DNA from: an uncultured Clostridia bacterium
GTDB taxonomy: Bacteria > Bacillota > Clostridia > TANB77 > CAG-508
DNA: 64,000 nucleotides
Reading direction: 5' to 3'
Assembly: GCA_947626605.1 (NCBI GenBank)
Contig: CANQSV010000003.1
Coordinates: 68,356-132,355 of the forward strand
Shown: positions 47,395 to 56,657 of the stretch, piece by piece
How the letters are laid out: each line of letters starts with the position of its first letter
Position numbering within the stretch: the stretch's first letter is position 1
Notes under the pieces: generated by a model
Told to the model about the DNA's origin: nothing
What the model saw: only the letters and a program-made list of their open reading frames with translations
The model's database searches: none
Translations under genes and position numbers: made by a program

Positions 47395-48693
47395 TTAATA
47401 TCCGAAAAGTTCTACCCAAAAATATTGACCATCAATAATGCAACATGCTGCTCCCATTGTTTTATATTTTTTATTTACCATATTTCTATAATGTGTTGGT
47501 GATTTAATCCAACCTTTATTTACACCATTTGCAGTAGAATATCCCATTCCTAAGTTTTCTCCATATACTGCATCATTAACTGTATAAAAGTTAGAGCCAT
47601 TTGGTCTTGTATGTGAAAACTTGTCAGATATTTCTTGTGCTCTTATTTTAGCGGCACTTTCTAATGTACTACTCCAAGCTAAGTTTCCTAAACCTTCTTC
47701 TTTTCTTGTTGCATTAACTAATGTTATTAACTCTCTTGCACTAACATATGTAGCATTTTTCTTAGGTGTGAAAACTTCAGTTTCTTTCTTCTCTTCTTTT
47801 TTAGATTCTTCTTGTTTTTTAGGTGTAGCTGTCTCAGTAGCTTTTGTTTCTTGCTTTGGAGTATCCTTTCTACTAGTATCAGCTGTAGAACTTCTGCTAG
47901 TCTCAGTAGAATTGTTTCTACTTGTATCACTAGAACTTTTTCTGCTAGCTACTGTTGTTGTTTGTTTTTGATTAGATGTAGTAGGTTCACTCTTAGTTGT
48001 TGTTTTAGCTACAATCTCTCTCTTTTCCATAGTGCTTTTATTAGTTGTTGATTTATTTTCAGTAGTTGTATTATTTTCTACCTTAGGAGAACTTACTTTA
48101 ACTGCATTTTCTGTTTCAGTTTTTGTTTCAGTTTTTGTTTCATTCTCTACTTTAGCTACTGTTGTTTGCTTTGCATTTACTTTTAAAGTGAAATCTTTTT
48201 CTTCTATATTACCTGCATTATCCATTGCAACATATTTTAAACTATATTCTCCTGGTTTATTTATATCATATTGTCCCTCAACTTTTACTTCTATATTTTT
48301 ATCTACATTATCAATTACAGTAACTCCATCTAATAAATTAACACTATCTCCTTCTATTATTTCTAGAGATGCTTTTGCTAAGCTTATTTCAGGTTTTACT
48401 GTATCTACTACTTCTAATATTTCATCGATTTTGGTTTCAGCTTCTTTCTTTTGTTCATTAACAAATTCAACATTTTTACTAAATGTTTTTTCCAATTTTT
48501 CTTGTGTATCTTTCTCTTCTACTTGGGAAATATTCTTTTTATTAATAGCTATTCCAATGGTTGCCATACTAGTTACAAACATCACCACTGTTAAAATAAT
48601 AATTAATACTACTAATGTTCTCAAAATTACATTCCCATATTCTTTATCTTTTGGATTTTTGCTTATATTTGGAAAATTAAATTTGTTTATCAT
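47395..48693 (-). CDS. Membrane-anchored surface protein: Ig-like (DUF5011-type) domain + Thr/Ser-rich linker + C-terminal CAP/SCP (YkwD-like) domain
   Basis: Start at ATG 48693 (RBS GGAGGGG). TM anchor, then KPEISLAKASLEIIEGDSVNLLDGVTVID...GEYSLKYVAMDNAGN (Ig-like). A T/S/K/E-rich low-complexity region follows. The C-terminus has NATRKEEGL...HTRPNG...GENLG...W..SPTHYRNM (CAP domain). Confidence 0.75.
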   Translation of the reverse strand: MINKFNFPNISKNPKDKEYGNVILRTLVVLIIILTVVMFVTSMATIGIAINKKNISQVEEKDTQEKLEKTFSKNVEFVNEQKKEAETKIDEILEVVDTVKPEISLAKASLEIIEGDSVNLLDGVTVIDNVDKNIEVKVEGQYDINKPGEYSLKYVAMDNAGNIEEKDFTLKVNAKQTTVAKVENETKTETKTETENAVKVSSPKVENNTTTENKSTTNKSTMEKREIVAKTTTKSEPTTSNQKQTTTVASRKSSSDTSRNNSTETSRSSTADTSRKDTPKQETKATETATPKKQEESKKEEKKETEVFTPKKNATYVSARELITLVNATRKEEGLGNLAWSSTLESAAKIRAQEISDKFSHTRPNGSNFYTVNDAVYGENLGMGYSTANGVNKGWIKSPTHYRNMVNKKYKTMGAACCIIDGQYFWVELFGY

Positions 48694-48964
48694 ATTTCCC
48701 CTCCTTTTCTTTTTCTTTTTTATTTTTAGTATAAGCATACTATTCCAAAACCTCTAATTTATTATAACATATTTTTTTAATTTTTTCTATACTTTTTGCC
48801 AATTTTGTTTATTTTTTCCTAATATATTAATCATTTGATCTTGTGGCAACATAACGACTATACTGTTTTAGCCAATTTCGAGATTTTTTATTTTATATAT
48901 TTTTTTGCTTTTCTGTTGATTTTTATTCATTTTCCCTATATATTTTAGGTTAAGGTGATTAATT

Positions 48965-49843
48965 TTGATATTATTATATACTGTAAAAGACAATGATAAT
49001 TATATAAATTTAAAACAAATTTTAAAAGAAGAATTTTTTATATCTGAAAGACTTCTTTTAAAGCTAAAAAATAACAAACAATTTTTTATAAACAATCAGA
49101 ATGTTTATGTCTCTGCTCCTGTACACGCAAATGACATTGTAAAAGTTGATCTTGATTTCGAAGAAACATCTGATAATATAGTTTCTACCTTCATAGAACT
49201 CAATATACTTTATGAAGATGACGCTTTTTTAGTTCTTAATAAACCAGCTGGCATAGCAATTCACCCTAGTCATTCTCATTTTGATACCAGTCTTTCTAAT
49301 GGTGTTAAATTTTACTTTGATAAAATTAATCTAAAACGAAAAATTCGCCCTGTAAATAGATTAGATAAAGATACATCAGGTGCTGTTATTTTTGCCAAAA
49401 ATGAATACATACAAGAATGTTTAACAAGGCAAATGAAAAAAAATATATTTAAAAAAGAATATATTGCTTTATTAGAAGGAAAAGTTAAAGATTCTAAAGC
49501 TACTATTAATTTGCCAATTGCTAGAGAAAAAGATAGTATTATTAAAAGGTGCGTTCGTGATGATGGTGATACAGCTGTTTCTCATTATGAAGTACTTAAC
49601 TATTATGATTGTTTTTCAGAAGTAAAATTCATAATTGAAACTGGTAGAACTCATCAAATCCGCGTACATGCTAGTTATATTGGTCATCCTGTTTTAGGAG
49701 ACACATTATATGGAACATCTTCACCACTAATTTCAAGACAAGCTCTTCATTCTTATAAAGTTTCTTTTATCCATCCCATCACAAGAAAACCTTTAGAGAT
49801 TGTTGCTCCTTTATTTAAAGATATGAGTTCTTTATTGCATTGA
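48965..49843 (+). CDS. RluA family pseudouridine synthase (RluD-like, S4 domain + catalytic domain)
   Basis: 292 aa. TTG start with RBS AAGGTGA. Catalytic motif RPVNRLDKDTSGAVIFAK and C-terminal TGRTHQIRVHASYIGHPVLGDTLYG. Confidence 0.88.
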   Translation: MILLYTVKDNDNYINLKQILKEEFFISERLLLKLKNNKQFFINNQNVYVSAPVHANDIVKVDLDFEETSDNIVSTFIELNILYEDDAFLVLNKPAGIAIHPSHSHFDTSLSNGVKFYFDKINLKRKIRPVNRLDKDTSGAVIFAKNEYIQECLTRQMKKNIFKKEYIALLEGKVKDSKATINLPIAREKDSIIKRCVRDDGDTAVSHYEVLNYYDCFSEVKFIIETGRTHQIRVHASYIGHPVLGDTLYGTSSPLISRQALHSYKVSFIHPITRKPLEIVAPLFKDMSSLLH

Positions 49844-49854
49844 TTTTTAAACGA

Positions 49855-49883
49855 AAACAGATAGGTTCTACCTATCTGTTTTC
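49855..49883. terminator. Terminator hairpin shared by the pseudouridine synthase gene and (opposite strand) rnpB
   Basis: AAACAGATAGG-ttcta-CCTATCTGTTT followed by TC/T-rich sequence. Confidence 0.7.
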
Positions 49884-49892
49884 ATGTTTATA

Positions 49893-50236
49893 GAAGTAAA
49901 TCTGTAAGCCGGGTTCTGTCTAGAATAGCCATTTATCTAGGATATATATTACTATATACCTCAAGCCACCAATTCAAAAAGACACCGAGCAGGCTTAATC
50001 TTTTTTATTAGGTGTTGCTCCAGATGGGGTTTACATGGTCCCAGTATGTCACCATACCAGCGGTAAGCTCTTACCTCACCTTTTCATCCTTACCTAAACT
50101 TTAGGCGGTTATTTTCTGTTGCACTTTCCTTAAGGTTTCCCTCACTGGACGTTATCCAGCATCATTGCTCTATGGAGCCCGGACTTTCCTCTCGTACAAC
50201 CTTGCGGTTTATACCAGCGACTATTCAATTTACTCT
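49893..50236 (-). ncRNA. rnpB: RNase P RNA (bacterial type B)
   Basis: The minus strand contains the universally conserved GAGGAAAGUCCGGGCUCC (P4 5' strand) and ACAGAACCCGGCUUA (P4 3' strand). P1 pairing is AGUAAAUUG / CAGAUUUACU at the two ends. About 344 nt. Confidence 0.92.
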
Positions 50237-50243
50237 AAATTTT

Positions 50244-50272
50244 ATTTTACTTTAATTGTTTTAAAAAGTCAA
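50244..50272 (-). promoter_or_regulatory. rnpB promoter
   Basis: TTGACT (50267-50272), 17-bp spacer, TAAAAT (50244-50249), 7-8 nt upstream of the P1 5' end. Confidence 0.65.
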
Positions 50273-50396
50273 GGAAATTCCCTAAAATGCAACTTTCTCT
50301 GTTTACTATCTGTATTAATTTTATTGTTTTCTCTAAGTAGTATAATCTTCTTTCTTTTATAGCATATCATTTTAATATATAATCTTTTGAAGCAAC

Positions 50397-50424
50397 AATT
50401 TAACTATTTGTCAATAGTTAAATT
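50397..50424. promoter_or_regulatory. Perfect 12-bp inverted repeat upstream of the 50480 gene (possible operator)
   Basis: AATTTAACTATT-tgtc-AATAGTTAAATT, located just upstream of a putative TTGTAT-18bp-TATAAT promoter (50432-50461). Confidence 0.3.
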
Positions 50425-50479
50425 TCACATATTGTATATTTTTTTATTAAATTAATATAATAAATGTAGGTGATTAAAA

Positions 50480-50797
50480 ATGGATTATACTTTAAATTTA
50501 TATAGTTCTAATCAAGAATGTATATCTAAATTTTTAAAGTCTTTTTACGAAAAAGATAAAAATATATTAGGTTGGGAAATTAGTTCACACCTATCTAACA
50601 AAGAAAATAAAAATCCTGTGTATGTATACACAAAAAGAACTACAAATCCTGTTGATTTTGTAGTTCTTCTCGGAGCTTTAGCTGATAACAATAATATAAA
50701 AGCTTGGCTTAGTTTAGACAAAGATGCTTTTATTAATATTACTCATAACAATATAGATTTAATAATAAAATATATTTATGAGAGATTTCCTTATTAA
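50480..50797 (+). CDS. Hypothetical protein
   Basis: 105 aa with RBS-like TAGGTGA 8 nt upstream of the ATG. No recognised motif. Confidence 0.55.
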   Translation: MDYTLNLYSSNQECISKFLKSFYEKDKNILGWEISSHLSNKENKNPVYVYTKRTTNPVDFVVLLGALADNNNIKAWLSLDKDAFINITHNNIDLIIKYIYERFPY

Positions 50798-50799
50798 TT

Positions 50800-51297
50800 T
50801 TATGCTTCTTCAAATTCACTATAATCTTCATTATCGTCATTTTTAATATCTGTACCTGGAGAAACCTTATTTTTTTCATTCTCATCGTTTTTATCTGGTT
50901 CATTGTTAGCAGTATCTTTTCCTTTGTCATCATTACTTTGAGCTTCTCCACAATTAGGGCAATAATTAAAAACTGTATATATTTCTGTATAACATTTTGG
51001 ACATTGTCGCCTGTTATTTAATTTTAAGATTTTCTTTCTATATTCTTCTATTTCGTCTGCTAATTTATCTATTTTTTTACAATGTTCATTCTTTCTATCC
51101 TCAAAATCATCCATTTCTTCTCTTACATTATTTTCATACACAATTTTTCCCAATTCTGTATATAAATCATTTATTTTGGCTTTACAATCACTCATTTTCC
51201 ACTTTAATTTTGTTATCGTTGCTAATCTATTTGTTTGCTGAGTCGTATATTTACATGTTTTATTTGCTACATTTCCTAGCTTTTCAAAAAATTCCAT
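50800..51297 (-). CDS. Zinc-ribbon domain protein with coiled-coil N-terminus and acidic tail
   Basis: 165 aa with CPKC...CPNC zinc ribbon and RBS GGAGG upstream. Confidence 0.7.
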   Translation of the reverse strand: MEFFEKLGNVANKTCKYTTQQTNRLATITKLKWKMSDCKAKINDLYTELGKIVYENNVREEMDDFEDRKNEHCKKIDKLADEIEEYRKKILKLNNRRQCPKCYTEIYTVFNYCPNCGEAQSNDDKGKDTANNEPDKNDENEKNKVSPGTDIKNDDNEDYSEFEEA

Positions 51298-51380
51298 ATT
51301 TCTTACCTCCAGAAATATTATATGTAAATTGACTTAAATTTATTCTGTATAAAATTATTATAAAAGTATAAAACTAGTTT

Positions 51381-52373
51381 TTATATTTGTTCTGACTTTT
51401 TAGTTCTAGTCATCAATTTATAAACTGCTTCATTCGCATCTAATTCATTATATAAAACATCATATACCGTATTTATAATTGGAGTATCTAAATCAAATTT
51501 TTTTGATAGCTCATAAGCAACATCAATATTATCTATACTTTCTATTGTCATTCCAATTTCTTTTCGTACATCTTCTATTTTCATTCCTTTACCAACTAAC
51601 TTACCAGCTCTTCTATTTCTACTATGTTCACTTCCACAAGTTACAATTAAATCCCCCAAACCTGTTAGTCCATAAAAAGTTTCTGTTTTTCCTCCTAGTG
51701 CTGTACCTAATCTGTTTATTTCTGCTAACCCTCTTGTTACTAATGCTGCAAAAGAATTATCTCCCAAATTTAATCCAGTTGCAATCCCTGCACAAAAAGC
51801 AATTATATTTTTTAATCCCCCACCTAGCTCAACACCTTTTATATCTGTTGATGTGTATACTCTCATATCTTTATTCATAAAAAGTTCTTGGATTTCATCA
51901 TTTAATTGGTTATCATCAGATGCTACTACCATTGCAGTAGGTATTCCAATAGAAACCTCTTCAGCATGGCTTGGACCTGCTAAAGCTCCTATTTTGTTGT
52001 TTGGTAATTCTTGTTTTATAACTTCATCTAAAGTTAGAAGTGTTTCTTTTTCAAAGCCCTTTGTACATATTATAATTGGCTGATTTTCTTTTACATATTG
52101 CTTATATTGTTTTACAGTATTTCTTGTAAACAAAGATGGCGTTACATGTAAAATGAGATCTGCACCTTCTATAACATCTTTATATTCTAAAGAGCAATAA
52201 ATATTCTCTGGTAAAGTTACTTCTGGTAAAAATTTACATTTTTTTTCATTATTTATTAAATCTTCTTCTTCTTTAGCAAAAGACCATACTTTTACATTAT
52301 TCCCTTTTTTGGCTAAATGAATTGCAAGAGCAATTCCCCAGCTACCACTACCTATGATTGCTATATTTTTCAT
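51381..52373 (-). CDS. gpsA: NAD(P)H-dependent glycerol-3-phosphate dehydrogenase
   Basis: 330 aa with N-terminal IAIIGSGSWGIALA, GPSHAEEV and GLKNIIA motifs. Confidence 0.93.
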   Translation of the reverse strand: MKNIAIIGSGSWGIALAIHLAKKGNNVKVWSFAKEEEDLINNEKKCKFLPEVTLPENIYCSLEYKDVIEGADLILHVTPSLFTRNTVKQYKQYVKENQPIIICTKGFEKETLLTLDEVIKQELPNNKIGALAGPSHAEEVSIGIPTAMVVASDDNQLNDEIQELFMNKDMRVYTSTDIKGVELGGGLKNIIAFCAGIATGLNLGDNSFAALVTRGLAEINRLGTALGGKTETFYGLTGLGDLIVTCGSEHSRNRRAGKLVGKGMKIEDVRKEIGMTIESIDNIDVAYELSKKFDLDTPIINTVYDVLYNELDANEAVYKLMTRTKKSEQI

Positions 52374-52418
52374 AAAAAACCTCCATATATAAATTTAATT
52401 ATTTATATCTAATTTATT

Positions 52419-53060
52419 TTACTTTTTACTAAAACTAATCCTATTTTCTGTTCCATCTGCAATTCTTTTGATATTAGCTCTATGATTAAATATAACAATA
52501 ATAGCTAATATAATGCTAAATATTAGATAACTCATCGTTTCTCCTGGTACTATAAAAAATTCCTTACCGATATACAAGGTCAAAACAGGAAATAAAATTG
52601 CAGCTGCGATTGAGCCTACAGATACCATTCTAGTTAATACTATTAATACTAATGCAAAAGTTAAACAAATAACTCCTATTTGCCAGTTAGTTATTAATAA
52701 CACTCCTAGTGATGTAGCAATTCCTTTGCCTCCTCTAAAGCCAAAGAATATAGGAAATGTATGTCCTATTATAACAAATATTCCTGCTATTTGAATAAGC
52801 AATGATGGATTATCAATATCTTTCACATATTTTCCCATAAGAAAAGCTAATACAATAGCTACTATTCCTTTTAGAATATCTAAAATCAAGGTTATTAGAG
52901 CTGCCTTTTTTCCAACTGTTCTCAAAACATTTGTTGACCCTGCATTTCCGCTGCCCTTATCTCTTAAATCAAAACCTGCAAATTTCTTGCTAATTATAAC
53001 AGAAAAATTTATACTTCCTATTAAATATGCCACTATTCCCATTACTATGTATGGTCCCAT
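52419..53060 (-). CDS. plsY: Glycerol-3-phosphate acyltransferase PlsY
   Basis: YLIGSINFSVI, GSGNAGSTNVLR and GGKGIATSLG motifs. Start at ATG 53060 (RBS AAGGAG 8 nt upstream). Confidence 0.92.
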   Translation of the reverse strand: MGPYIVMGIVAYLIGSINFSVIISKKFAGFDLRDKGSGNAGSTNVLRTVGKKAALITLILDILKGIVAIVLAFLMGKYVKDIDNPSLLIQIAGIFVIIGHTFPIFFGFRGGKGIATSLGVLLITNWQIGVICLTFALVLIVLTRMVSVGSIAAAILFPVLTLYIGKEFFIVPGETMSYLIFSIILAIIVIFNHRANIKRIADGTENRISFSKK

Positions 53061-53146
53061 ATTTATCACTCCTTTATCTCTTGTTTATATTGTTTATTTC
53101 ATACTTATTAAAGTTCAAATGCAAATTGGAAAAGAATTAGGATTAA

Positions 53147-54469
53147 TTATTTTTCAATTTTTTCTCTTACTATCATTCGTATCGGTGTTCCTTGAAGTCC
53201 AAATTCTTTTCTTATATGATTTATTAAGTATCTTTCATATGAAAAATGAAATAAATCTTTACTATTTACAAAAACCACAAAAGTTGGTGGCTTTGTAGAA
53301 GCCTGTGTCATATAATATACTTTTAATCTTTTTCCTTTATCTGATGGTGGTTGAACAATTGCTACAGCTTCATTAAGCACTTGGTTTAACATTGATGTAC
53401 TTACTCTCATAGCATTTTGATCTGCTACAAAATTTATTAATTCAAATATCTTATTTATTCTCTGACCAGTTTTAGCAGAAATAAATAAAATTGGAGCATA
53501 TGTTAAATATGATAATCTATTATATACTTCTTTTTTGAATTTTTCCATTGTATGGTCATCTTTTTCTATTTCATCCCATTTATTTATAATTAGTATAATA
53601 CCCTTACCAGCTTCATGAGCCTCTCCCGCAATTTTTGCATCTTGATCTGTAACACCTTCTGTCGCATCAATCATCATCAAACACACATCAGATCTTTCTA
53701 TCGCATATAAAGTTCTCATTACACTAAATTTTTCTATGGCTTCATTAACTTTACTTTTTCTCCTAATACCTGCTGTATCAATAAAAACATATTTTCCAAA
53801 TTCATTTTCATATTCAGAATCTATTGCATCTCTTGTAGTTCCTGCAATATCACTTACAATAACTCTAGACTCACCTAATATTTTATTTACTAATGATGAT
53901 TTTCCAACATTAGGTTTTCCTATAATAGCTACTTTAATAATATTATCTTCTTCTTCATTTTCGTTCTCTTCTGGCAAATGCTTGTAAACCTCATCCAATA
54001 AATCTCCTATACCTAGTGCATTTGTAGCTGATACTGGAAATGGTGTGCCTAGACCTAAATTATAAAACTCATATATATCATCTGCTGTTTTTCCGAAATT
54101 ATCAGCTTTATTACAAACTAATATTACAGGTTTTTTTGATTTTCTTAATATTTGTGCTATTTCTCTATCTGCTGCTGTTATTCCTGCTTGAATATCTGTT
54201 AAAAACAAAATAACATCTGCTACTCCTATTGCAATATTAGCTTGTTCTCTCATTCCAGAAATTATTATGTCATCTGTTTGCTCTTCTATTCCGGCTGTAT
54301 CTATTAGAGAAAACTTTCTTCCTCTCCATTCTGCATCTGCATATATTCTATCTCTTGTAACACCTGGTGTATCTTCAACTATTGATATTCTTTGTCCTAT
54401 TATATAATTAAAAAAAGTTGACTTTCCAACATTAGGTCTTCCTACTATTGCTACTGTTGGCTTTGACAC
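53147..54469 (-). CDS. der: Ribosome biogenesis GTPase Der (EngA), tandem G domains + KH-like domain
   Basis: 440 aa with two P-loops (GRPNVGKST, GKPNVGKSS), two DTAG motifs and NKAD / NKWD motifs. Confidence 0.94.
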   Translation of the reverse strand: MSKPTVAIVGRPNVGKSTFFNYIIGQRISIVEDTPGVTRDRIYADAEWRGRKFSLIDTAGIEEQTDDIIISGMREQANIAIGVADVILFLTDIQAGITAADREIAQILRKSKKPVILVCNKADNFGKTADDIYEFYNLGLGTPFPVSATNALGIGDLLDEVYKHLPEENENEEEDNIIKVAIIGKPNVGKSSLVNKILGESRVIVSDIAGTTRDAIDSEYENEFGKYVFIDTAGIRRKSKVNEAIEKFSVMRTLYAIERSDVCLMMIDATEGVTDQDAKIAGEAHEAGKGIILIINKWDEIEKDDHTMEKFKKEVYNRLSYLTYAPILFISAKTGQRINKIFELINFVADQNAMRVSTSMLNQVLNEAVAIVQPPSDKGKRLKVYYMTQASTKPPTFVVFVNSKDLFHFSYERYLINHIRKEFGLQGTPIRMIVREKIEK

Positions 54470-54521
54470 TATTTCTCACCTCTATTCGTTATTGATTTAC
54501 ATTTTATAACATTTGAAATAT

Positions 54522-56105
54522 TTAGTCAATTGTTAATACTTCAATTGCGCATTTAATTCCATCTACTGCTGCAGACATTATTCCTCCTGCATATCCTGCT
54601 CCTTCTCCACATGGATATATTCCATCTATATTGGACACTAATTTCTCATTTCTTGGTATTTTAACAGGTGATGAACTTCTTGTTTCTACACCTGTTAAGA
54701 TAGCATCTTTATCTGCAAACCCCTTTATTCTTTTATCAAAATACACTATTCCCTCTTTTAATGTTTTGGATACAAAATCCGGCAATATTTCATTTAAATT
54801 AGATAACATTACTCCTGGCATATAAGTTGGTTTTACCTCTCCTATAAATTCAGATTTTCTATTTTGAAGAAAATCTTCAACTCTTTGAACTGGTGCAAAA
54901 TAATTTTTTCCACCTAAATTATATGCTTTTTCTTCTAAATCTTTTTGAAAATATATACCTTCTAATGGTGAATCTCCTTTAAAATCATCTGGAGTTACAT
55001 TTACTAATATTGCACTATTTGCATTTTCTCCATCTCTCGCAAATCTACTCATTCCATTTGTAACAACAGTATGTTCATCACTAGATGAGCCCACTACTAC
55101 ACCACCTGGACACATACAGAACGTATAACATGATCTACCATCTTCTCCATGATATGCTAGTTTATATTCTGCTGGTGGCAATTTCAATTTTGTTTTTTCA
55201 GAATATTGGGATTTATTTATCATTTCCTGTTTGTGTTCTATTCTTACACCTACTGAGAAATTCTTTTTTTCCATGTTAATACCTTTTTCATATAATTTTT
55301 TAAAAGTATCTCTAGCACTATGACCTATTGCTAATATTACAGTATCAGTTTCTATTTTTCTTTTATCAGAAATTACTGACTTGATTCTATTATTTTCTAT
55401 TTCAAAATCTATTGCTTTTTCATTAAATAAAAACTCTCCACCTAATCTTATTATCTCTTCTCTCATATTTTTTATTATATTTATTAAATTGTCTGTTCCT
55501 ATATGAGGTTTACTTATATATGCTATTTGTTTTGGTGCTCCAAAATTTATAAACTCTTCTATAACTTTACCACAAAGTTTATTATTTATGCCTGTTGTAA
55601 GCTTTCCATCTGAAAAAGTTCCTGCTCCACCTTCTCCAAATTGAACATTAGATTTAGTGTTTAATTTTCCTGTTTTAAAAAATTCATCCACATCTTTTTT
55701 TCTTTCTTCAACTTTTTTCCCTTGTTCCAATATAATTGGTTGTATGCCATTTTCTACAAAAGTAAGTGCAGCAAATAACCCTGCTGGTCCTGCTCCAATA
55801 ATTACAGGTTTAAATTTACTTTTTCTCTTTACAATTATTGGTTGTATTTCTTGTTTTTCAATAATTTCTATATTATTTTTATTTTTTATACTTCTATAGA
55901 TTATCTGTTCTTTTTCCAGCATAACTTCTATATCTACAGAATAAGAGTAATGGATATCATTTTTATCTCTTGCATCTATTGATTTCTTAAAAATACGCCA
56001 AGAAATTATAATTGATTTACCAATACCATATTTATCACAAATTAAATTAAAAACTTCTTCTTCTGAAATATCCTCTCTAACTTTTATTTGTTTAAATCTT
56101 ATCAT
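54522..56105 (-). CDS. FAD-dependent protein (COG2509-like NAD(P)/FAD-dependent oxidoreductase)
   Basis: 527 aa. Dinucleotide-binding VIIGAGPAGLFAAL after a ~90 aa N-terminal domain. C-terminal GIYPCGEGAGYAGGI motif. Confidence 0.8.
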   Translation of the reverse strand: MIRFKQIKVREDISEEEVFNLICDKYGIGKSIIISWRIFKKSIDARDKNDIHYSYSVDIEVMLEKEQIIYRSIKNKNNIEIIEKQEIQPIIVKRKSKFKPVIIGAGPAGLFAALTFVENGIQPIILEQGKKVEERKKDVDEFFKTGKLNTKSNVQFGEGGAGTFSDGKLTTGINNKLCGKVIEEFINFGAPKQIAYISKPHIGTDNLINIIKNMREEIIRLGGEFLFNEKAIDFEIENNRIKSVISDKRKIETDTVILAIGHSARDTFKKLYEKGINMEKKNFSVGVRIEHKQEMINKSQYSEKTKLKLPPAEYKLAYHGEDGRSCYTFCMCPGGVVVGSSSDEHTVVTNGMSRFARDGENANSAILVNVTPDDFKGDSPLEGIYFQKDLEEKAYNLGGKNYFAPVQRVEDFLQNRKSEFIGEVKPTYMPGVMLSNLNEILPDFVSKTLKEGIVYFDKRIKGFADKDAILTGVETRSSSPVKIPRNEKLVSNIDGIYPCGEGAGYAGGIMSAAVDGIKCAIEVLTID

Positions 56106-56222
56106 TTTTACCTCTAAACCCTTTAATTAATATGTAAAATTATACTATTATTGCTATGAATTTTCAAGTTATATATATGTGAAATTTAATTATAACTATT
56201 TCATCTAATCATTGTATAAAAC

Positions 56223-56251
56223 TTGTAAATTTACATTATTTGTGATATAAT
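56223..56251 (+). promoter_or_regulatory. Strong sigma-A promoter of the GC-rich orphan gene
   Basis: TTGTAA (56223-56228), 17-bp spacer, extended -10 TGA-TATAAT (56243-56251). Confidence 0.6.
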
Positions 56252-56335
56252 ATATTTTACATTCGCCGTATCCCAAAATGTGGATACACCGCCCAGTGCC
56301 TTAAAAAGCACGTGCTTAAAGAAAGGAGCCAGATT

Positions 56336-56611
56336 ATGGCAACGTTTGAATGCAGTGACCTTTTAGTTCACTTATTGGAAACCTTACCTCCCAGCAAATA
56401 CTATCTCTTTGACTATCCTGAAGAGGAGAAGGTCGGAATCGTGGACGACTTGTATCACTTGAGTGATGCAGCCGTCATGTTGTACATCACTATTGACTGT
56501 GATACCAAAAACACTTTCTTCGATGCCGTCCATGAAGCCTGGAAAAATCTTGAAACAGTAAGAGGTAAGCCCGTAAGGCACTACGATGATGGTGCTATAC
56601 ACACAAGCTAA
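56336..56611 (+). CDS. Orphan small acidic protein, compositionally foreign (about 45% GC)
   Basis: 91 aa from ATG 56336, with RBS AAAGGAG 7 nt upstream: MATFECSDLLVHLLETLPPSKYYLFDYPEEEKVGIVDDLYHL.... It uses GC-ending codons (GTC, GTG, GAC, GCC, CTC) that are rare in neighbouring genes. No recognised family. Confidence 0.65.
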   Translation: MATFECSDLLVHLLETLPPSKYYLFDYPEEEKVGIVDDLYHLSDAAVMLYITIDCDTKNTFFDAVHEAWKNLETVRGKPVRHYDDGAIHTS

Positions 56612-56657
56612 AAAACGAACAGGACCGCCCTTCACGGGTAGTCCTGTTTGCTTTTTT
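56610..56657. terminator. Bidirectional GC-rich terminator shared by the orphan gene and the 56656-57444 gene
   Basis: AAAAAA-CGAACAGGAC-CGCCCTTCACGGGTA-GTCCTGTTTG-CTTTTTT, with A-run and T-run on either side. Confidence 0.8.

Noticed and set aside
48032-48757. A 241-aa plus-strand ORF, plus several other alternative-frame ORFs (47621-47971, 47727-47930, 47812-48051), over the CAP-domain gene.
   Set aside because: They are artefacts of the repetitive Thr/Ser/Lys-rich linker. The translations are S/F/L/V-rich nonsense without start signals, while the minus-strand frame has recognisable Ig-like and CAP domains.
50165-50362. A 65-aa plus-strand ORF.
   Set aside because: It overlaps the 5' third of RNase P RNA on the opposite strand, and it has no RBS.
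56384-56635. An 83-aa minus-strand ORF antisense to the GC-rich orphan gene.
   Set aside because: It would have to start inside the bidirectional terminator hairpin. It has no RBS and a Cys/Val/Phe-rich unstructured-looking translation, whereas the plus-strand ORF has RBS, promoter and terminator.
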